Translations under genes and position numbers: made by a program | NCBI RefSeq assembly: GCF_009914755.1 | Contig: NC_060935.1 | Direction: 5' to 3' (one strand) | DNA from: the human T2T-CHM13v2.0 reference genome, Homo sapiens | Length of the DNA stretch: 64,000 nucleotides | Notes under the pieces: model-generated | What the model was told of the DNA's origin: nothing | Seen by the model: only the letters and a program-made list of their open reading frames with translations | The model's database searches: none | Part shown: positions 18,471 to 30,425 of the stretch, one piece after another | Layout: the number at the start of each line of letters is the position of its first letter | How positions within the stretch are numbered: the stretch's first letter is position 1

Positions 18471-20040
18471 TAAACTATAGCAGTGGATAATTGCTGTTTC
18501 TCCATGCTGGCAGAAGACTGAGGTTTGTTCTTGGAAATGGTAAAACGGGATCTCTGGATTGGGGGATACCAGGTTGAGGATAGAGATACTATGTTAACAA
18601 AAAAAAAGGGGAAAGAGATGAAACTGTTGGAAGAAAAAACTTCCTCTCTACCAGCTTGGGTCTGTGTAGTTGGGGCCCTGCAAATGGATGGACATTAGAC
18701 AGATTAACAGGAGAAAAGACAAATGTGCAGGAGCAGTCAGTAGTGAGTGCCTTGCTGGACAGCAAGAGTAAAAGGTTTATACATGGTTAACAAAAGAAGG
18801 GGTTAGGGCTTCAAGTATGGGAGGTTCTGATGAAGTTTCTTTACACAATTTTTTTGGAATGTCGTAGTGTCCAAGGTCAGTTGACCTCCCTGGAGGGTGG
18901 GAGGGGGGCAGGGTTGTGGCCGCTGACTCACATAAAGCTGTGTTTTAGTCAGATAAGGAACATGCAGATCATATATCTTTCTGTTTCTCCTTTTGTGTTT
19001 TTGGTCTCTTCAAAATGAACTTATGCATATAGGAGCCTGACGCCTCCATATCCCTCTCCTGAGAATGCTGACAGTCAGGCCTTTACTTTCTAAGCCAAAG
19101 ACTGGAAGAGTTTTTTTCTGGGGAATCTGGTTAGCTCAAGAGGAAAGATTTAAAGATACAGACATCAGAGGTTCCCCAACTACATAGCCATTCACCCTAC
19201 AGGGATCTCATGGTCAGACAGGTCCCACTCACCCACTAAGAGCTTCCAATTAACAGTCGGTCCCCAACTCTCACACAGGAGCTAATAATGCGGGAAAGTC
19301 AAGACAAACAAGACAATAAGCAACTCAGCAGTGCTAAGTGCGATGTAGGAAGAAGAAAACTTCTGAAGAACTATTATTAATATCTTTAGATAGATAAGTG
19401 AAGATAATTGCATGAAATAAGAAATGGATGCTATATAAAAGAACAAAAAAGAGCTCTTAGAAATTAAAAATATAACAGGAGAAATTGAAAATTTCAGTAG
19501 AAGCATTAGAGGATAAGGTCTAGGAAATGTGGGGGCCAAAGCCCTCGAACTTCTGGAGTTTTGAGGAAAATTTAACATGCAAAAGACGAGTATGAACAGC
19601 TATGTAGAAATACGATAGAAAGAAAGAGGGTCTGACCTAATGCTGATAGACTGAGTGGGGAAACCCAGCAGGGTTGTCTGTCCAGATTCTTCTCGGCCTC
19701 TCTGAGAATGCTTTCCTTCCGTTGGGTGTGCGCATCGGGACCCTCTCTGGATTAGGGGGTCTCACAACCTTCAATCTAACAAGGTAGGTCAGATAATTTC
19801 TTTATGCGCAGTTTTTTATGCAGAAAGGCAAAGGGAAAATGAGAGTAATCTTTTTAGGTTTCATGGCTGGCTTTGGGGAAAAAGGATTCTTGTTTCTGTG
19901 GCTGGCCTTGAGGGAGAACTGGACTGACAGACAATGGGCAGGAGAAGATCAGAGAAGAGCTTTTGCTTCTGAGGCTGCTGCTGAGGCCTTCATTTTGGGG
20001 TATTGTTTCCTGAGCCCAAACAAATCTCTCAGAAAGTGGA

Positions 20041-20735
20041 ATGATATGGTTTGGCTGTGTCTCCACCCAAATCTCATCTTGAATTGTAGTTCCCACAATC
20101 CCCATATGTCATGAGGGGGACCTTGTAGGAAGTGATTGGATCACAGGGGCGGTTTCCCCATGCTGTTCTCATGATAGTGAGTTCTCACACGAGATCTGAT
20201 GGTTTTATAAGTGTCTGGCATTTCCCCTGCTGGCACTTCTCTCTCCTGGCACCTTGTGAAGAAGGTGCTTTGCTTCCCCTTCACCCTCTGCCATGATTGT
20301 AAGTTTCCTGAGGCCTCCCCAGCCATGCAGAACTGTGAGTCAATTAAACTTCTTTCCTTTATAAATTACCCAGTCTCAAGTAGTTAATTTTTTTTTAATT
20401 TTTTTTTTTTTTAGACAGAGCCTCACTCTGTCACCCAGGCTGGAGTGCAATGGCGCGATCTCAGCTCACTGCAACCTCTGCCTCCTGAGTTCAGGATTCT
20501 CCTGCCTCAGTCTCCTGAGTAGCTGTGATTACAGGTGCACACCACCATGCCCAGCTAATTTTTGTATTTTTAGTAGAGATGGGATTTTGCCACTTTGGCC
20601 AGGCTGGTCTTGAACTCCTGGCCTCAAGTGATATGCCCGCTTCGGCCTCCCAAAGTGCTGTGACTACAGGCGTGAGCCCCTGCACCCAGCCCTCAGGCAG
20701 TTCTTAATAGAAGTATGAGAATAGACTAATACATA
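20041..20735 (+). mobile_element. THE1 LTR interrupted by an Alu (20385-20692, - strand)
   Basis: tgatatggtttggctgtgtc start; gactaataca end. Confidence 0.88.
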
Positions 20736-21114
20736 GAACAAAGAAGACAAAGAGATAGAAAATAGAAAAGATAAGAAAATTAGTGGAGTGGTCCAGGAAG
20801 TCCTCTATATGAAGGAAAGAAAACCTAAACAGAGGAGGGGAAGTTGTAAACTAACTCAAGAAAAGTACCAGGCCAGAAGAACATGAGTTTCCAGACTGAA
20901 AATGCCTACCAAGTGTCCAACATGGTGAAAAAATAGCTCACACCAAGGTGCAAAATCATGAAGAGAAGATTCTACAAGTTTCCTGAGAAAGACAAGGGAA
21001 AAGCAATCACTTACAAAGGATCTAGTATCAGAAAGCCATCTTTAGCGTCACAATCATGTAAATATTGATCTAACAAAAATTGCAATATACACAAATCGTC
21101 AGGATGGAGAGGAG

Positions 21115-21116
<2 letters not shown>

Positions 21117-21161
<45 letters not shown>
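21117..21161 (+). repeat. (GT)n microsatellite, ~22 units
   Basis: Direct reading. Confidence 0.97.
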
Positions 21162-21162
<1 letters not shown>

Positions 21163-22970
21163 TGGCAGGAGGGGGAAGACGGCCAAATCTTCATACTATT
21201 TAATGGAAAGTCAATAGATAATGCCAAAAATGGAATAACAAAGACGTAGCAACATAAGCACATTTTAAAGAGATTTGGAGGTAAATATCCAAAGAATCAG
21301 CTAAAAGCATTGAAATAGTTGCCTCTAAGGAGTGGTTGCCTCTGCCTGGGGTGGGTGAGGGGTTGGAAAGCAAGGGATTACTGTCGTGTTTTGTTTTTAA
21401 TTTCAAACCCAGTAGAATTATGTAACTCTTTAAACCTTGTGGATGCATAAAATTAAAAAGTGGAACTAAAAAAATGTTGGGCACATGTTTTTTGCTATGA
21501 TGTTGTATGTATTTGGATGTCATCTTTCATAATAAAAATGTTTTAAGGAGAAAAAAATCCCAGGCCTGATGATAACGTCAGAGGAGGGAGAGATTTCTGT
21601 GGGCTGGAGAAGCCTTCGTGAGTGGGGCTTTCTTGAGCTGAGTGGTGAGCTTGGATGAGAGTTAAATGGGCAGCGGGAGGGAGGGGGCTTTCTGTGATGA
21701 GGAGGTCGCAAAGAGCAAGGGTTCAGGGATGCTCTGATGTAGGTGTGTTTAGTATGTCCGTTGCTCTGGTTGGGTAAAATGCTACCCCCTCCCCCTGTAC
21801 TCTGCTCACACAGTGAAAGATGAGGTAGATTTTGGGGGAGACAGAAAGCCAGGCAGAGGGATCTGGACTTCCCCTGTGAGGCTGGCACCGTGGGATGAAA
21901 GGTGTGCCTGAAAAAGCAAGCTGCCCTGGCCACAAGCAGGATGGGCCCATGGGAGAAGCTGGGGCCATGACTTTGCAGCAAACCAGTGATGGCCTTGGGT
22001 GGTGGCAGTGGAGAGTGGAGAGGGAAAGAAGGGAAGGGTGAAAGAAGGTTTTGAAGTTGAAGGAAAAGAACTTGTTGGTGGCTGGAGGAGAGAGATGGAG
22101 GGAAGAGTCCAAGGTGGTGGAGGCTTTGTGTGTGGGAGAAGGATGGAGATGTGGGGAGAAATAGGAACACAAGGAGTGGGATTGGGGGAACCAAGGATGG
22201 GGTTTGAAAGTGTGTAGGGGCAGAGGGAAGGATCCGCAAGTAGAAAGGACTTCCTGCGAATTGGGAGGGAAGAGAAACAGCTGATCTAGAGGAGAAGTTC
22301 GAGGTGACGGGCCAGAGTCCACTGTGACAACTGACATGTTTCTCAGGCTTTGCAGCCTTTCTCGGGCCCAGCCTCATTCAGCTTTGTGGGAGAGGCAGAC
22401 TTATCTCCATTTTACCAAAGGGGAAACTGAGGCTCCCAAGAACTTACCCAGTGGTCACATATCAAAACTCTCATTTTTTGCCCAAACCACTGTGGTAGGT
22501 GATCGGAGTGGATGTTGCCCCTGAAAGAGGTGTGTAGAGTGAGGAGAGCAGAGGGTACAGGGGCTGAGCACCCCCAGGTGGAGGGCTGGGGAGGCAGGGG
22601 AAGAGTCAGACAGGGAGACAAGAGAAGGGAGAGTCTGGTACAGATGGGGAGAAAGCACAGGGTTGAAGGGGATGTCAGGACAAAAACAGCTGCAAATGAG
22701 ATGTACTAGGCTCATGCCCCAGGCCGAGCACTGTGCTCAGCTTCTTATCTTATTTGGTCCTGAGGACAACCCTATGAAATAGGTGAGGAATTAGTGAGGA
22801 AACAGGAACTAAGCCCTTTCCAAGCCCACTCATCAGTGAGTGTTGCAGCCAGGATTTGAATCCCAGCATCTGACTCAGAGACCTGGAATCTCAACTCTGC
22901 CATATTGCAGGCCATAGGCCTGCCAGCTAGTGGGTAGGAGATAGGAGCAGTGCTTTTTTAAAGAATTTAA

Positions 22971-23268
<298 letters not shown>

Positions 23269-23667
23269 AAACATCTTTTTTATATTAAAAAAATAGAGTT
23301 TTAAACCATTTACCAAAAATAGTGATGCTCATCATAATAAATAAAAGTAAACCACTACTAAAAGCCAATGGGACTTCCTCCTTTACCCCCTCTACCCCCA
23401 GACATTGGTGCACTCACCCCGCTATGGGTAGGGATGGGACTGCCTGGGACCCCAGATCAAGGGACAAGCTTCGGACCTGGGTGGATTTCATAAAGGACGA
23501 AGCCCTTGGGATGGTGTATGAACGTTTGTGTTTCTGCAGACACAAACAGCATGGCTGTGGGGAGCGGCCATCAGCGTGAGGGCCCCTCAAAAGTTAAAAA
23601 GCTACTGATGCTGCCCTGTGGCCTGGCCTGCTCTGCGGTGGGCGTCCTGCCTGTGCAGAAAGAGGGG

Positions 23668-24185
23668 AGTGTGTATGAGAGAGTGTGTGTATCAATATGT
23701 GTGTGTGCACATATTTGTGAGTTTCATTGTGTGACTATGTGTGTGGGTCTTGTTTGTAATGAATTGTGTCTGTGAGCAAAGAGTTGTGTATGTGCCTATA
23801 AACCAATGTCTGTATGTGTGTATGTGTGTGCAGGTATGTGAGTCTGTAAGTGAAAGTGTAAGGATGTCAATGGTGATAAATTGTGTATCTGGGGACGGGT
23901 ACGTTTGTGCATGGGAGCGCCTGTGTATTAATGTGTGTGCATATGTGCATGTGAACAGAAGTGTGGGATGCATGTTCTGTGATTATGGGTCATGTGTAAG
24001 AGGGCAGATGTATATAAATATGTGTGTCAATTATGTGATGTTGTCTGTGGATGGAGTGTGAGGTGTATGTGGTTATGAATCATGTGCCTGGGGCACGTTG
24101 ATTTGGGGTGTGTGTGTGTGTGTAGTGGTGCCTGGGCATGAGTGACAGTGCATGGCTGCAGGTCTGTTTATAGCCTGTGTGTGCT
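23668..24185 (+). repeat. Degenerate TG-rich low-complexity tract
   Basis: About 500 bp of eroded (TG)n/(TATG)n. Confidence 0.85.
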
Positions 24186-24959
24186 GGGAAAAGACATCAG
24201 AAGTCCTTGCCATTCCCCCATCCCACCCAAGCCCTCAGAGCCTGCTCCCATTTGGGTCTAGAGCAGCATGTTCGAGAGAGATGTGAACATCCTTTCAGCT
24301 GCCTGTAGCCGGTCTGGGGAACAGTGACAAGGAAATGTGCTTGTTTATACCCGAATACATTAATAAACCATAAAATTTACATGTGTGTTGCGGGGAGGAT
24401 GGGAACAGGCAGCATTCAACCTGCAGGACATGCAGATATTAAACTCAATGTGAAAGTTAATTTGTAAGCCCAGAGAGTGAGTCGTGCTGGAGACAAGACT
24501 CCCAGGCCCCTGAGAGATCTGGGGCACCATTTCCTTTTTCGCTTCTCTCTCCCTTGCATGGCTTTTAGCAGAGCTTTGGAGTAACATTAATTTATCTAAT
24601 GCGTGCACGCCATAAGTTACTTTTTTAATTATTATGATCAAAATATTGCTTAAAATTGATGCCAGCTGCATGTGTTTCTGTCAGAGTTCATAATTGCAAT
24701 TGTAAATTGGGGAGCAGCTCGGTTCCAGGAGCCTCCCTGAGTAACGGCCCCAATACCATTACCGAGAGGTGGATAAAAATAAAACTGCAGATCGTGCGGC
24801 AAAAATACACCAGTGCGAGTTAAAAGGATAATTAGTGGAGCAGAAAGGGAAGCGGGACTCTGTCTGCTCTGTGGCCCACGGGGGCGAGGACTGTGCCGGA
24901 GGCTGGCCCCAGGCTGGGCTAGGGCTGGGCGGCAGAAAGGCTCTTAGGGAAGGACCCAA

Positions 24960-25940
24960 GCAGGTCTCTGCACCTCAGTTTCTCCTTCTGTAAAATGGAA
25001 ATAGGAACACCCAGTGGCTCCAACCAGGTGATGCATGTGAAAGTTTTCCAGAAACCCACAAGTTCCCTATCTAAGTAAAGGGATTATTCATGGGCTAGGG
25101 AGACAGTGCTTTTTTCATCTTCCCCATCAGGAATGGTTTAGGCTGACTTTGACTTTCAAAGGAAACTGCAGGTCTAGGACCAGAAGGCTGCCTTAGAGTG
25201 CAATGGTAAGGAGCACAAGCCTTAGAATTCTTTTATTCATCCATGCATTCACTTGACAATATTTATTGTGCACCCTCTATGTTCCAGGACCTATCCAGGC
25301 ATTAGGGATAGAGCAGTGAACAAAACAGAGATCCCTGCCCTGCAGAGCTCACATTCTAGCAACGGGGCCAATAAGCAATGAAGATAGTAAATAAACTGGG
25401 TAATACAGAAGTGAATTGTATGGCACACTACAAGATTACAAGTGGACACATTGTATGACTTTAGACAACTTACTTAACCCAGCACTGCTGAACCTTTTTC
25501 ACATAGTGGCTCATGCCATCATCATCTTAGTGACAATGCAACCTACTAACAACCCATGTGATTATCATAGTGGTAATAGTAAGAACGATCGCTTATAAGG
25601 CATCAACTGGGTGCCAGACACTGTTCTAAGGACCTGCCATATAAGCGATTGATGATGATGGCATGGGCAAGGCTATCTTTCTTGAACCTTCACGCTATGC
25701 CATTAACCCTCACAAGGAATCGATGAGGCAAGGAAGTGATCATATACTGTAGGGCTGGTGGGGTAGACCCATGGAGCTGCCATTCTGCAGCTGAGCAGAA
25801 TGAATTTCCATATCAGAGAAATGGGAACAATAACAGTGCTGAGCCCCCAAGGGTTGAGAAAATGCCTGGGAAGTGCTCAGCGCAGTGCATGGCACAGCAT
25901 GAAAATTCAAGAAAGATAAGCTTGTTTTTGTTACTAACCA
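24960..25940. mobile_element. Cluster of MIR and L2 fragments
   Basis: cctcagtttctccttctgtaaaatgg (MIR); cattcacttgacaatatttattg (L2 end). Confidence 0.65.
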
Positions 25941-26279
25941 GTAAGCCCTGAGAAACGGGAGAGTCATGAAGCTGGTTGGGGGCATAGAGGGGAGCTCATT
26001 AACCTATCAGTGAACCTGGTTACCTGCAGAGCTGATACGTCACCTAAGGGACCAAGTGGAGGCCACTGAGGGTAGATGGCCTGTGAGAGGCGATTTCAGT
26101 GGGGAAGGGTTCTTGTTCCTGGCTGGTGTCAAACAAAGAGCAAATCAGGACTTAGGTGAAAGAGGTGAGAGAGACTATGTGAAGACAATTGCAATAAGAG
26201 GGGAGGGTTACTGCAATAGGGAAAACACAGATGTCTCAAGGTCAGACAGAACGGGCTTTTAAAAAAACAGGGAGGCTAT

Positions 26280-26610
<331 letters not shown>

Positions 26611-26634
26611 ATTATTATTATTATTATTACATTA

Positions 26635-28400
26635 CTCTTTGGCGGAGCTAGCTGAGGTTATTTTGGACCAAAAAGAAAAAAACAATTGAATTGCTTTGTA
26701 GCTGGAGGCATGGGCAACGGGGGTCCCCAGGCAGTAAACTCCCCAACGGGTGGGCTGAGGGCTAGGGCTGAGCCTCAGGTGGGTCTCCTGTTCCCTGTGC
26801 TCCCCAGCACAGCAGCCTCCCTCGTGGGCTCTGGGGCAGCCGCAGGAGGGGCAGGCTGGGAGGGGCTGCCGTGGCTGTTCACTTGGGCAGGACATCAGAG
26901 GACTCCAGCTTCCCATCGCGGGTCTTGATCTTCTTCACAACCACAGCCCTGGTGGAGCCGGTGCTGCTGAAGGAGCTGGAGCCCGCCCCAGAGCCAAAGC
27001 TGGAGCCCAGGCTGTAGCTGAGGCCGGGGCTTGTGAGGCCCCCAAAGGCTTAGCTCAGACCACCTGCATAGCTGCTGGTGGTCTTCGTATGGATGCTCAT
27101 GTTCAGCATCCCAGACTCCAGCCGGCTCTCGTCGCCCTCCAGCAGCTTCCTGTAGGTGGCGATCTGGATGTCCAGGGCCAGCTTCACGTTCATCAGCTCC
27201 TGGTACTCACGCAGCGGCCGCGCCATGTCCTGCTTGGCCCGCTCCTGGGCGGCCTCCAGCTCCGACAGCTCGGCGTTGGCATCCTTAACGGCCAGCTCCC
27301 CACGCTGCTGGGCATCTGCTATGGCGGCCTCCAGGGAAGTCCTCTGGCCCTTGAGACCCTCAGCCTCAGCCTGGAGTCGGCTGATGTTCCGGTTCATCTC
27401 GGAGATCTCAGTCTTTGTGCGCCGCAGGTCATTCCCGTGCTTCCCAACCAGCGTCTGCAGTTCCTCATACTTGATCTGGTACATGCTCTCAGCCTCAGCC
27501 TGGCTGTGGTTGGTGATCTCCTCGTACTGCACCTTGACCTCAGCGATGATGCTGTCCATGTCCAGGGAGGGCTGTTGTCCATGGACAGCACCGCAGATGT
27601 GTCTGAGATCTGGCACTGCAGCTCCCGGATCTCCTCTTCATACAGCTGCCTGAGGAAGTTGATCTCATCAGTCAGTCCTTCCAGGCGAGACCCCAGCTCT
27701 ACCTTGTTCATGTAAGCTTCGTCCACCTCCTTCTTGATGAGGACAAATTCATTCTCCATCTCTGTAAGCTTATGGATCTCATCCTCATACTTGTTCTTGA
27801 AGTCCTCCACCAGCCCCTGCATGTTGCCAAGCTCCACCTCCAGCTTCAGCTTCTCCTGGCCCAGAGTCTCCAGCTGCTGCGTAAGGTTGTTGATGTAGCT
27901 CCCGAACATGTTGTCCATGTTGCTCTGAGCCATCTTCTGCTGCTGCAGGAGGCTCCACTTGGTCTCCAGCATCTTGTTCTGCTGCTCTAGGAACCGTATC
28001 TTGTCTGTGAAGGAGGCAAACTTGTTGTTGAGGGTCTTGATCTGCTCCTTCTCCTGGGTGCGCACAGCCTGGATATTGGGGTCCACCTCCAGGTTAAGGG
28101 GGCTCAGCAGGCTCTGGTTGACCGTGACAGTGGTGATGCCTCCTATGCCGCTGGCCCCACCATAGCCTCTGCCCAGGCCACCCCGGAAGCTGCTGCTGCC
28201 CACTCAGGAGAAGCTCGAGGAGCTGATGCGGGCACTGGGCCCACTGGTGTAGAAGTGGCTGCTGAAGGCCCGGGGTTCAGAGGTGGACACCTTGTAGGAC
28301 TTCTGAGTCACCCTGATGGACATGGTGGAGGCAGGAGTGGAGGCAGGTGGGCTGAACCAGGTGGAGATTCCAGAAGGAGCGGAGAAGCTGCTTCTTGGTC
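26635..28400 (-). pseudogene. KRT8P7: Processed keratin 8 pseudogene (probably KRT8P7 given the locus)
   Basis: Intronless KRT8 5'UTR+CDS+3'UTR; ATG 28321-28323 (MSIRVTQKSYKVSTS); TGA at codon 40 (28204-28206); 1-nt frameshift near 27572; TAA 27050-27052; original stop 26879-26881; decayed (TAA)n tail at ~26610-26633. Confidence 0.93.
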
Positions 28401-30125
28401 TATTATTTTTAATAAATAAGGCTAAAAGGAGCCAGGTGCGGGGAGTGGGGCCAGCAGGTGGCCTGGCTGGCAGTTGATGCAGGAATGTTTGCCCCTGCAT
28501 CCTGAGAGGGGGCGTTGAGAAGGGTGTCCTGAGTTCCTATGCTGGCTCAGGCTGAGGGTGGGGCAAAGTTCAGGGCAGAGATGCCTGACTCAAGTGTGGT
28601 CGGGTCAAGCTGGCGGCATTTTGTCTAGATTGGCTGCTGGTTTGGCTCATCAGTTATGAGACAAAGGATGGGACTTAGGAGTGTCTGTGCCTGGCCTTCT
28701 CACACCTAAGGAAGGAATCTTGGGGAAGGGGGCTTCTTGGCAGTGAGCCTTTTCCTAGAACACAAAAGGGTGGGGAGTTTCTTGACCATCGGGCACAGGG
28801 CTCAGGATGCATTTAGCATTGTCACTGGCCACTGCAGCCTGGGGTGGAATGGAACAGCAATTTAGTCCCACCTTGGAAATGGGAAGGCAGGGATGGGGGA
28901 AGCTTTAGAAGCTGGTCCTGGCTAGAAAGAGGTGGCATGTGGTAAGAGGAGGCAATGGTGCTGGGCAGTTCACCGCTTGCTTGACCTCCCTGTGCTCCCC
29001 ACCTGTGGCCCAGGGAGACACTGGGGGCTGGGCCACTCCCTGGTCTACGCCCTGGACCAGGAGAGGCAGAGCCCTATCCCTCTGGGTGGGAGCAGAGGCT
29101 GGAGGTGGGAGCCCAGGAGCCTGGGCCCTGCTCTCTCCCACCAAGTTTAGAGGCTGCTGCATGTCTGACCTCTGCCCGGTAGGGACAAGAATTTTCTTTA
29201 GCCTCTTCCCTCTCAAGCCTTCTTTCCAACCATCCTATGGGAAGATGTGCAGGAGCTGGCCGTGGTTACAGAGTGCCCTGAAGCTGGCGGGGGCCTGGAG
29301 GCTGGACTGAGAGGCATCCATTTTGTCTAGAGCCTCTCACTGTCACCCTCCCACTGTTCTTGCTGTGCCAGCCATGGGCTGTTTGACTGGAGCAAAGGAT
29401 GCCTCCCCACAGGGAGAGGGCAGGAGAGGAGCTCAGCCTCTGCGCTTTCTCCAGGCTCTGCTCTCCAGCCTGAGCCAGTCCTGCGGCACCCCCCAGCCAC
29501 CTCTGGCCTCCCGGGCTGCCGACGTACCACCCGCTTGTCTTCCCGTCGCTCAGGGTGATTCCCTAATGACTATAATCGGGGTGTGCGCGGAGAGGTGAGG
29601 GAGGGACAGCGAGTGCTTCCCTAGACAGCCCATCCATTAGTGGGGCAGTGGCCTGTCGCAGCTGTCCAGAGGTAGATGAGCCCGGACCAGGCCAGAGAGG
29701 CCTGGGGAGGCAGACCAAGAACCCCTGTCTCCATCCCTTCTTCCCCTTCCCTGTTCCTTGGCCTTCTGCTTAGGAACTCTGCTCTAATTATAAATGGTTT
29801 GACAACTTTAGGCTAGGCTCTGTAATTAAAAATAAAGAAGAAGACAGGCAGCATTGTCTCCTAACGATGCCTTTAATTGGTGGAGTTAATTTTAACGGGG
29901 CCTAGTTCAGTGCCTTGGAGGAGGCAATTCCAGAATTGGGGCTCTTGCTGGCATCCCCTGAAAGGCTCGCCCAGCCCAGCCTATTTACCTCATCAGCCAG
30001 GGGCTCCTCAGGCGGCGGGGGCAGGATCTTTATTTATTTATTTTTATCTCCAGTGCTGGGCACACAGTAAGTAGAAGAAGAGGTCTGTGGTGAGGAAGAC
30101 CCAGAGCATCTGGAGCTTCCAGCCA

Positions 30126-30425
30126 GTCAGGAGGATTGCCTGAGGCCAGAAGTTTGAGACCAGCCTGTGCAACATAGTGAGACCCCGCATCTCTACCACA
30201 AACAAAAAACAAAAAACAAAAAAACAAAACTTAGCGAGGGGTGGTGGTGTGCACTTGTAGTCTCAGCCACTCAGGAGGCTGAAGAGGGAGGATCGCTTGA
30301 GCTCAGGAGAACCAGGCTGCAGTGAGCTGTGATGGTACCACTGCACTCCAGCCTGGGCAAGAGAGCAAGACCGTGTCCCCCACTCCAAAATAAAGTAATT
30401 TAAAAAATAAAAATAAAAAAGAAAC
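30126..30425 (+). mobile_element. 5'-truncated AluJ-like element
   Basis: Alu consensus. Confidence 0.85.

Noticed and set aside
21520-22377. 285-aa - strand ORF
   Set aside because: Antisense reading of purine-rich, degenerate repeat-like sequence; no ATG start or homology.
27089-27990. + strand ORFs over the keratin region
   Set aside because: Antisense shadows of the KRT8-derived coding sequence.
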